DNA from: Bigelowiella natans CCMP2755
Lineage: Eukaryota > Protista > Cercozoa
Assembly (NCBI GenBank): GCA_000320545.1
Contig: ADNK01002342.1
Location: forward strand, 1 to 64,000
Reading direction: 5' to 3'
Length of the DNA stretch: 64,000 nt
A model generated the notes under the pieces. It did no database searches, had not been told where the DNA came from, and saw nothing but the letters and a program-made list of their open reading frames with translations. The position numbers were made by a program, and so were the translations under genes. Numbering within the stretch: the first letter of the stretch is position 1; each line of letters opens with the position of its first letter. This document shows, piece by piece, positions 1 through 10,256 of this stretch.

Positions 1-61
1 CTTTGTCACGAAGTTCGTAGTACTAAGAATCACCCCGAAACCGACGGCGGGCAGCTAACAG

Positions 62-393
62 GTTTTCCTCGGGGAGGAGGGAATCAAGCAGGTGAGGGGG
101 GAAAGTCTTTTTGGGGAGGGGGGAGAGAGAGAAAGGGTGAGAGCCCTCGAATTTCCGCTTTCGGCGTTAACATTACAACGAGCGCCATTACCTGTGACGC
201 CTCTCCGGTCTTATACAACAATTGACAAACCACTCAAAGGCGAGCAGGATTTATTCTCTTCGCAATCGGCGAAGCACGTGCTGCAAGGCGTCACGCAGCT
301 GCTGGTACAGCCGTAATCGCCTCTAAAGCATTGATTGTCACCCCCCGCTGCTTGCGCCGTGTATTAGAATTATTTGTACATGTGTGTATAATC

Positions 394-436
<43 letters not shown>

Positions 437-2711
437 ATGTATATATGTTATTTATGTATTTTTGCTGTAACGTATCATTTATCTTTGGATGACGGGTCGA
501 TTCTCTCCCAGGAGAAGACCATGCGAAGGCTCCTGGAGCTGCCCCCCTCCTCAACCTCCGCCTCGTTGCTGCCTCCTTCGCTGGGTCCGTCGTTCCTCCA
601 AGCAGCGGCGGCAGCGCCACCCGTCCCCCCCCCCACGTCGTCAGCAGCAGCAGCATCATCATCATCAACGCCATCACCATATTCGGCGCAAGCAGCATCT
701 ATCGTTCTTCCGCCGAACGATGGTAGTGGTGAGGCGGGAAGTGGTCCTGTAGCAGCTGGCGACACCGCCATCCCTGTGCAGCTTTCCGATGTCCCTCTTA
801 GCGACGACGATGGCGATGAGGATACCAAGAAAGGGGGGGAGGGAGCTTCTGCTGCCGCTACTGCTGGTGGTGGTGGTGCTGGGGCCGAGACTAAAGTCGC
901 ACAGTCTTTGGGAGGACACCTCCCGCCCCCCATCCCAGTAGCACCGAAGCCTAACACGCCGCAGGTAGGTCGATCGGTAGAAGGAAGGGCGGCAGTTGGA
1001 ACGCTATTGATGTTGTATTTCGAGTTTGGCCTCCTTCGCTCCCACGTTCTCGCAAGCTCTTTTGCTTTTTCGCTACTAGGGAGGCGGTGGGACTTTCTCT
1101 CCCCCTCCCCCTCCCCCTCTCTCTTTCTCTCTCTTTCTATCGCTCTCCACATGAGCTTTTTTTTGCTACCGGAACAATACCGGAAGAATATGCTGATAGA
1201 GCAATGATATGCTCCTCTTGCCGCTCCTTCCCTTCCCCCGCCCTCCCCTCTTCTTCTTCTTCCTTCTTCTTTTTCTCAGGGAGAGTTCCTCGACGCGGTC
1301 GCCCGTCGCTATGAGGAGTCCATGCAAACGGTACTGCCCGTGTGATGTATGCAGAAGGAGTGCATCGTCTCTCCTCATCATCTCTGCCGCCATTTGTCGT
1401 GCGTAGTCATATTTATCTCCGTCGCTTGCTTGTCCGTCCGATTTCGCAGGCCCACGCTCTCCAGGAACGGGTGAAGTATCTGCAGGTACGTGATGGGTGG
1501 GAGATTCTTATCAGTTTGGTTAGAGAGACGGGCCTGACGATGACGCACACTGATACTCTTCTTGCTACTGCATGCACAGTAACGCGCAAAGACCACGTTG
1601 CCTCAATCTTACCATCTCGTTCTCTTCCCTCCTCCTCCCCCCCTCCCTCCTCCTCCTCCTCCTCCTCCTCCTCCTCCTCCTCCAAGGAATCTATGCGTCT
1701 TGTAAATGAGGACTGCGAGAAGAAGCGGCTCATCATTCAGGTGGTAGCAGTAGTGGCCATACTTTCAAATCGGAGGAAAGATGAGAGAAAGAGAACGCAT
1801 GTATAATTCCCTTCAACAACAGATTCTGAACCTTTGTTCTCTGGTCTTATACCTGGGCCCACTACGTGGTCCCCCCCCCCCCTTCCCCCTCCTCCTGGCC
1901 AATAGACGTTCCTCCTCGAGACAGCCCGGGACCCTGGCAAAGATTTCCAATCTAAGTAGTGAAGCCTTGACCTTCGCGAAACCACCACATCTGCTCGTAT
2001 CACCTGCGTCGTCGTGGGCGTCCGTTGTCAATAGCGGCGTCATCCATCTGATTACTATCACCACCATCACCACCACCATGATCAGCATCGTCATCGTCTG
2101 CATCCAATGTTTCCTCGTCTACCTCGTTGAATCGGGCTTTTACTTTTGTCCAGGTTCGGAGGCACACCGGAGCAGCTGCGAGACTTGCTATTACATAGAA
2201 TGGAGGTGCCGTCGCGACGACATCCTAACGTGCCCCCCCCTCTCCCTGTCGCTATGCTAAAACACTCATCGCACGAGGACGTGTGTAAGTGTGTGTGTGT
2301 GTGTGTGTGTGTGTGACCGTGCTTACCCTGTATTTGTGCCTACGTATCAGATTGTCCTTCAAGATGCTATTGTTCAGAATATTCGGCTCAGGAACCAGGT
2401 TTGCGATTGCGAGATGAGCGATAATACTGATGATGATGATGACGACGACGACGACGACGATGGTTGCAAGGAATGATGATGAGGGGGGAGGAAGACGATG
2501 ATGATTTTGCACGAATGATACGCTCCATGCTACTACTACTCATCAGGTGTCCCAGATGCTGTCTACGAATGCGACGTTGCGACAGCAGGATAAGAAGTCG
2601 AAGCAGGTGGACTCTCCTGTTGATATGTAGCTGTCCTCCTTTCTCCTTGCTCTTTCTTCTTCTCGCTCCCTCCTCATCGCTGCCTGTCTATCCTTTTAGA
2701 GCATTTAAGCT

Positions 2712-2769
<58 letters not shown>

Positions 2770-2996
2770 CAATGCTCACGGTGGCGGACGCGACAGATGA
2801 TTCTCAAGTGCAAGCACGTGATTCTAAAGCTGAGGGAGGAAATCCACGGAGCAGCTGGTTCACTGAGGTCGGCTCCCGGAAGCAGCATCGCTGTGGCCAA
2901 GAAGAACGACATTGTAGACAAGAAAAAGGGGCCGGATGATACTGCTAATTCTGCTGTAGCAGCAGAACCAGAGGTGTGAAGATGCATAGTAGATGC

Positions 2997-3027
<31 letters not shown>

Positions 3028-3587
3028 TATATTTACCTTGCATGAGTGCCCCTATGTAGAGCCGCGTCACCTGCAGGTCGTCTGCAGCAAGCAAAGTTGG
3101 CCTGCTCTTGCTTCTTTCCGTCAGTCCCTTTTTTTGCCTTTTTTATTTTGGTTGGGAGCAGGTCCTCGACGCCGCCCATGCTTTGGATCTTGGAGAGCTG
3201 CTTTCTACCGACAGTAAGAAAGAGCAGCAGGAAACCCCCTCAGCTGCTCCGCAATTACTGGACACTATGATGCCGACCGTGAATACGAGCGATAAGTCAC
3301 GACATCCCCGTTCCTCCTCCTCCTCCTCCTCCTCCTCGAGGCCACAGCCGTCTGAACCGGTGAATACTCAGAATGGTGAGAGCAAGCATGATGCACCAAC
3401 GACGATGACAACAAATGTGAGTGACGGTGTCGTCCAAGGCGGGCAGGATTCTCCTGAGGTGTTTGATGCCGCTTCTGAGGTGCTGGATGTCCCAACATCT
3501 GACGACAACATCAGTCGCGGGGATGACGGCGAAGACGACGATGGGCCTGAGGTTGCCGATATTCCACTCCCCCCGAAAGACGAATAA
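62..3587 (+). CDS. Multi-exon coiled-coil protein with GRIPAP1/CCDC186-like C-terminal domain (5' end outside window)
   Basis: About 12 GT-AG exons join in frame (e.g. 62-91, 249-305, 512-964, 1280-1330, ... last exon ends TAA 3587). The spliced core reads GEFLDAVARRYEESMQTAHALQERVKYLQESMRLVNEDCEKKRLIIQTFLLE...LLLHRMEIVLQDAIVQNIRLRNQVSQM. This resembles the C-terminal motif of GRIPAP1/CCDC186 (..EKVKHLE..EDL.RK..II..Y....KLQ.VLED.L.KN..L). Similarity was recalled, not searched. Confidence 0.65.
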
Positions 3588-4587
3588 TTGTGTGGAGACC
3601 TGCGCTTGCCGGTCTCATGATTGGGGCACCGGCATCGTCACCGATATAGGCGATGATGCTTGTGCAGCCTCGAAATCACGAAAACAAAGGACTAGCTTCG
3701 CTCTAGCTAGGATTACTATGCATGTCTTGGATACATGCGCACATTCATGTAGAATGTGCTCTGAGATCTATCTAGATATTGTAGCCACGATACATACTTA
3801 CGCAAGTGCATATATATGCACTCTATGTGTCTTGGCAATTTAAACGCATGTAGAGATATAGAGCTGTACTAGCGTCATACACATTGTCTGCATGAGCTGT
3901 ATAGCTGCATGTGGCAATGCGCGCATCTAAGCCATGTGCATGCGAATTTAGTTAGCTAATTTTATTCAGCTAGACATAGTAGCTCTAGAGTCATACACAT
4001 CTAGAGACATCTCTAGGCATGACAGTATGTTACTATGCGCGTGACTGCTCCATCACAGCGTTCTGACGTTCTAGACGCTCGGTGCGCAACATTAAGTACC
4101 ACAAAGAGAATCGAAGCGATTACGTTGCTGTCATATTTAGACACACACTACCCGTAAGCTAGCTAGCCCGCTCCTTATACGTCTAGCTAGCTAGATCTGC
4201 AAATTGTGCCACACAGCGAGACGGCCTAGCGGCCTCGTCTCCACGTCTAGACGTGGGTTTGTTTGAAACGGATTTTGTGCGATGCGAGAAGCGCGCATGC
4301 TAGCAGGCTGGCGTTACACTATCGTATGTCTAGATGTATGCAGGTTTTGGCGGCGTCGCGGAACAACCACACCAATAAGATGGCATAAGCTATTGATAGT
4401 TTATCAAATCAACTAGTTAGTACATGCAGTATGTACACGCGTGTGTGGAAGCAATGCTAGAAAAATCCAAATCCCCCCCTGGTGTGATTGGAAGAGATTC
4501 GTTACTGCTAATCGAGAGATTGTTAGTTTCTCTGGCTTGGTTCTTCTTGCATCACTCCTTCACCTTGAAGGTGGGTGAGATGGCTAC

Positions 4588-5248
4588 TCATTTTATGTTG
4601 ACCCAGTATTCCTCCTTGTCCCATTCAGGGATAGCAATGGTGATGCCGTCGCATTCCTCCGTCAATTTCACTTGGCAAGACAGCCTTGAACTGTTCACAC
4701 ACGTACGCAACAAGTGTTACTACAACCGATTTTTTGAGAGTATGGAAATGTGCACTCACTTATTTGTGGTATCTGCGCAGTGCTTAAGGATCTCTACTTC
4801 TTCCGCGTTGATTGGATTCACTTTGTCCAAGTACTCACTGGCGAGAAAGCAGCGGCATTCGGTGCAGCACGGGCCTTCCCCATAGTCGGTAGGATCCTGG
4901 CCCATTCCCTCGCAAGGACCTGGCAAATAGCACCTTTTTTAGATATCGGGTAGGTCTTAGTTCTTGTAGTCGCTCTTACCGTGGATGTCGATGTCATTCT
5001 TACGAGCAACTTCGAGAATCGACTGGCCGGGCTCAGCATCCACCGTTACTCTGTCTCCATCAACATTGACGTATGTAACTTTGATTGTAGAGAATGCGAC
5101 GCGTCCTGTAATTTCATTATGATTTTATCATTCAAAATCTCCACTTCTAGGCAATTATTGCTGTCGTTATGCTGCTGCTACTGTTGCAATTAAAACCTCT
5201 GGAAAAGAGCTGGCGTCTAGCCAAACCACGAAATAGCTTTGGAAACAT
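4588..5248 (-). CDS. Mitochondrial adrenodoxin-type [2Fe-2S] ferredoxin (possibly complex-I-associated ferredoxin type)
   Basis: Four exons (5248-5197, 5105-4980, 4919-4760, 4690-4588) give MFPKLFRGLARRQLFSRGRVAFST-IKVTYVNVDGDRVTVDAEPGQSILEVARKNDIDIHGPCEGMGQDPTDYGEGPCCTECRCFLASEYLDKV...NSRLSCQVKLTEECDGITIAIPEWDKEEYWVNIK*. It has an Arg-rich mitochondrial presequence and the adrenodoxin motifs GxCEG, CxxC and SRLxCQ. The ORF track misses it because of introns. Confidence 0.9.
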
Positions 5249-6289
5249 GGTTATGATCTGGTGTGTTAATAAGGAAAATGAGTTGAAAATGAGTTGACAG
5301 AATAGTAGCGTTCTCTCACTCACATTCTCCTCTCCACATAGTACACTATCTATTTTGTTCCAGAAGAAAAAAGGGGGTTGTTAATGTTATCCTAATTTAC
5401 AATAATTTTCTATTGACAGGGAGGGTAACGTGCACTTCGGATTGCAAGATTAATGCTGAACAATTTTCCTCCTCTAGCTGATAGCCAAAAAATTCGAAAT
5501 TACGAAAACCGTTCATTGAAACATGCTGCAAAGCGATGATGTATCCATCACATACAGCTAAAAGGGGAGGGACCCAGATTCTAATTTCAGAATAGCGACC
5601 GCAGGCGGTTCTATATTTCAGAAACGACATGTCCATCATAAGTGCGACATCATCAAATTCTCCATTTCAACCCAAAATACAAAGCGTTCACTATTTTCTG
5701 CAAGGGTTCCAGCACGCAACTTCGTCGCGGAGACTGGTTAAAATATCTCGAGACTCCTCAGAGAGGCCAGTAGATTGTCAGGAGAACCAAATTTTAACAA
5801 ATCCCGGCGACATTGGCAATTATTGGCAATCCCCGCTAGTCCGTTTGTTAGCAAATCGGAATGTTTTTTGTGGTGTAGATCTACATGTACGAGGTTCTCA
5901 GTAGGTTCCTAGCGTGCTTTTCCTTTTCGCGTACTCGTAGCCGGCAGGGCATGATTTCCAGCATGTTCATCTGATGAAATGTCATGAAATCGATGACCTG
6001 CGACATTCCAAAGAGATCATTTTCTTTCCGTTCCAAGCTACATACGAGTACCCTACCTGCGCTTTGCGAAGAAATCCTACGAAATCGGAAGAAATCTTTC
6101 GAAGGAGCATGCGAGCTAAAGATCCAGTATCGAAAGCGGTAGAATTCTGGAAGTCTTGGTTAACGCATCTATTTTTCAGGTGCGTCATGTGCAAATAAGA
6201 GTATTCCGGGTAAAAAAAACAACATTTCTACTGGATCTACAGAGCATCAAGAGTAGATTCTCGCTATTAACCACAAATTTCAACGTGCT

Positions 6290-7653
6290 ATGTACTCTTC
6301 GTTCCACTCCTCCCGCCAACGCTCATCGAGTATCTTCGCATTGGCATGTGCCCTTACTGGTACCCACGTGATGATGTCTTTTTCTTTCACAAACTATGTC
6401 ACCATTCCGATTTTCTCTGAAAAGCGCAATTCCCACGTTCCGGTTTCCTTTACACAATCCGAAACATGACAAGAGATCTTCCCGATTAGTCGTTGTGATG
6501 GCTGGCATGTTCTTGATGAGAACTGAAGCTGGAGCTCCACTACAACCGTATCCTTTGCTCCTTACCATAATATGGTAGCCATAAATTGTGCGTTGATGTA
6601 TCGATTTTCATATGTAGCGGAGTCACAGGAATCCGCATAACTCGTGGACCGGTAGTCGAACCTAACTGAATAATGTGAATTCATCTCAATTTTAACTTTC
6701 TAAACAAGTGGATAATTCTCAGTCAGCTTCAACTGATGCAATGTTACTGTAGGGTATCCGAACTATACCATCCTTTGGTGGAATCTCAGCTCTCCGCCGC
6801 GGTTGTAGCAATGCTAACAACCGCTTTTTGGGTGTAAACGCTGCCTTTGAACTCCCTTCACTTCCTTGGTAGTACTATGCTGTTGATATCACTGGAAAGC
6901 TTACTGAAAGATGATTCTTAGGGAGAAGGAATCGCTAGAGCCGCACATGAGTTCCGAGACTGTCGACTATCACTATGGTAAGCATCATGCTGCTTACATT
7001 AACAAACTCAACGATCTCGTGAAGGGAACCGATAAGGTAAAATGACTTGTTCTGTTGACGAGTGTTGTCAACTCAGGGTATTGTCTATATAGGAATCGAA
7101 GAGCTTGACCGAACTTATTTTGTCGGAGAAGGGCGGTATTTTTAACAGCGCTGCCCAGGTGAACATCATAATTGTGATGGAATTTATTCCTAATTCAATT
7201 TGGTTTACAGTCTTATAATCATGAATTCTTCTGGAAGTGTTTGAGCCCAAACGGAGGAGGAGAACCTACTGGTGCAATTGCCGAAGCTATCAACCGCGAT
7301 TTTGGTTCGTTTGAGGAGTTCAAGAAAGCGTATGATGCTAAGGCTGTGGGACATTTCGGTTCTGGCTGGGTGTGGCTCGTTAAGGATAAGGATGGCAAGC
7401 TCTCGGTCAGATAAGCTAATACTAATATGTAACAGTAATTTGAAATAGAAGTGATATTATTTTGGTCGATCAGATTATGGATACCCACGATGCGGAAAAC
7501 CCACTTACGGCAGGACTAACCCCTATTCTCACCACCGATGTTTGGGAACATGCTTACTACATTGATTATAGAAACGCACGCCCTAGCTATATCAGTGATG
7601 GTTGGTGGAATCTCGTTAACTGGAGCTTTGCAAACGAAAACTATTCTGCTTGA
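6290..7653 (+). CDS. FSD: Iron superoxide dismutase with bipartite (signal + transit peptide) plastid leader
   Basis: Eight exons (6290-6359, 6490-6547, 6618-6651, 6753-6868, 6922-7036, 7093-7158, 7211-7405, 7474-7653). The mature part has [46 protein letters not shown] and [16 protein letters not shown] plus HDA is the Fe-type signature. The leader is [34 protein letters not shown]...[33 protein letters not shown]. Confidence 0.93.
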
Positions 7654-9085
7654 TTGTTTGCTCGTGTTGATGTAACAAAGTGATCGGAACGTTATCGTAT
7701 CGTTGTCCCGTGAAGAATTCATCTTGTTTTCATTTGTCAGACTTATTCGCAACATAAATTAAAACAGTTGCGAACATTAAACTTTAGATAAGAAACAAGC
7801 AATGCATGTGGTACGACGGCACAAATGATGCTACACATTTCACGTGTCGCCTTGTTTGTACTGAGCACTGGTTTGCTCCTTGGCAACTACATGCAGCATT
7901 GTGTGTCGTCGCTAGCGTCGCTCGCCAAATGCATGCAAATAACAATGAATGAGGCACAAGACACATCTAGACATTTCACGTGTCTCCTGCTTGCTTGCAC
8001 ATTGTGGTGCAGTGCGGTCTCACAGTTCACTAGTTCAGTAGGTGAGCATGCACAAGCACGCACCATCTAGCTGTCATGTGGCATGCCACTAGCTAGCTAG
8101 GCTAGCATCCTGGATGTGTTTTCTCGGATGCCGTGCATGAATGGTCACAGGTCCAAAAAGTGATGATCTGATGACCCTTGAAAAGCATGACAGGTGCAAG
8201 CATGTGGCGATCCAAAATGCGAGCTCACTGGCAAGTTCCACAGGAATTCTCATTTCTTCAAATTCCACTGCACACATCGCACACATCTGGACATGTCAAT
8301 GATGACAAAGCCTTTTTTGCTCATTTTCATGATTTCGTAGTAGGTGCAATTCACACATAATTTGAGTTTTTCATTGCATTTTTTGTGCACTGTCTCCACA
8401 CCAGTGTGATGGCAAATGCCATCTTTTCTATTGCACAAGAGTGTTTCTTTCTTCATCAGTTGATGCTCTCGAAAGTGGACTCGCAATCAGCAATCCGGGC
8501 AAAAGGATCTCCACGTCAGATTTTTGTCATCTATGTCATCTACACATCACTGGACGCACATTTTTCATTTTGTTAGCGAGGTGTAATTGCTCGATCCCAC
8601 TCTGAGCACTAGATCGACACACACGAGATGCATTGCACAGAATGTTCATGCAATGTGCATGTTGCATGTCATGCTAGCATGCGTGCATGTCTAGATGTAC
8701 GTGTGCATCCGTCTATGAAACATGTACATTTCTACAACGTTATGTCTACACCAGATACACACCAATCATGATCAGTGGCACATTGCATGAAATTTACATT
8801 GTATTGATAATTAATTACATCGGGTGAACATGGCCCTACACTTTATCGACACAGCACTGCTTTTAAATGTGTCACTACAATCAACTGCCGATCTAAACTG
8901 CGGTTGAAGATCAATGTGAGGGTGACTCTTTACGACTGTATTCCCTACTTCATTGCAAATGTGTAAAATTAAGCTTGAATTAGCTCATAATTTAGCCTTC
9001 TCTTAAACCGGAAGGCTCTAAAATCGTCTCATTGGATTTCCATTTTCATGTGACTATCAACAACGAACAAAGAGTTTGGATAGGC

Positions 9086-9346
9086 TCAGGGGTGGCACTG
9101 GATCTTCTCCATAATATTTTCACCGCGGTTGTACATGTTGTCCAACATCTTTTGGCGTTGGATTAACTCCAAGGTGTCACGGCCTTTGTTCAGATGATGC
9201 TGGATGTCTTCTGCATCTGTAAGGTCCCTCCTGGCACGGAACTGATCGCGCACCCTTCGCAGTATGTACTCCCGAAAGTTGTAATCCTTGTACTGCTTGC
9301 CTTGGCGAAGCATATTACGATAGAGACGAAGGACAGTGGGACGCAT
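9086..9346 (-). CDS. ISD11: LYR-motif protein ISD11/LYRM4 (Fe-S cluster assembly, NFS1 partner)
   Basis: Single 86-aa ORF: VLRLYRNMLRQGKQYKDYNFREYILRRVRDQFR...LELIQRQKMLDNMY. It matches the ISD11 pattern LYR..L+....F..YNFR.Y..RR.RD.F...RQ..+..+Y. Confidence 0.9.
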   Translation of the reverse strand: MRPTVLRLYRNMLRQGKQYKDYNFREYILRRVRDQFRARRDLTDAEDIQHHLNKGRDTLELIQRQKMLDNMYNRGENIMEKIQCHP

Positions 9347-10256
9347 GTTGTCACAGACGGCGTATTGATACAGACGGCTTCTTGGCCTCTGGCTGGGTAA
9401 TGTGTGGGTAGATATGGTCCAAAATAATGACTGCGCATTCTACCATAGCGTCATCGAATTATGCAAGTCGCAATTAAAAATACTGCTACAACAATGGATT
9501 TTTCAGACCGCGATGTGTACTCGTAGTCTGAAGAAGCTATTTGCATGTGAGGATAATTATTACGGGTACATCTATGGTTTTTGGCTGTCTTTTACGAGGA
9601 GTCTGGTGCATCTTTGTCACGCATGTGCTTCATACATTATTCATCCACAAGGGAAGGGGATTTACGGATTTCTGGTGTTGCAGCTTTTCGGCCGCTTGCG
9701 ACAACGCGCGAGGTCGATTCGGCTTTCGAAAATGCGAATTTCCAACTTCCTAGTTTCAAGAGCAGGTTTGCGCCGTTGGATTTCTTTCGGAAGAACTTCG
9801 CCCGACCTGTCCTTTCTTGCGTTTCCATGGGGTTTTGTGGAAGAGACAAGCCATATTCGAAGCCGTCTAAAAAAGTTCCTCAAATTGCGGGCATCCTTCT
9901 CTGGTTGAAGGAGCTGCGATCGGGGGGGATTGACCTTCTCCGTCGAATTATTCCCAGCCCTTTGGAGCGGAAGGGGAGAAGGCGCAACCATCAATTAAAC
10001 TAGTGGTAGTAAGAATAAGAACGAGGAAGGAGGGGAGGCCAAGCGGAGAGAAAGAGAGAGAACACTGCGCGTGGGTTTCCGAGGGCTACGCTTCTAAAAA
10101 TTATCATTCGAGACAGGGAATACCTCTTGTCTTATGCGATGTAAAGAATTTTCTGTTGTTACCCATCAGAGAAGTGTTGCCGAGTAAGCCCGAAAAACAA
10201 AAACGCTCCAGTCTAGCAGCCGAGGAGGGCCCTCTTCGCGATGCAGGGCTTTCCGA

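Noticed and set aside
291-698. ORFs containing YIYIYI, HTHTHT, ERERER or CVCVCV runs throughout the window
   Set aside because: These are translations of intronic microsatellites.
5397-6198. Short ORFs on both strands between ferredoxin and SOD
   Set aside because: Trial splicing gave no recognisable protein. Treated as a divergent promoter, although a small orphan gene cannot be excluded.
9086-9346. LYR protein as complex I subunit NDUFA6/B14 partnering the neighbouring ferredoxin
   Set aside because: The YNFREY..RRVRDQF and RQ..LDNMY motifs fit ISD11/LYRM4 rather than NDUFA6.
9402-10003. Overlapping 140-168 aa ORFs between ISD11 and UBR4
   Set aside because: No motif and no convincing splice link to UBR4. 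The composition matches the other divergent promoter spacers.
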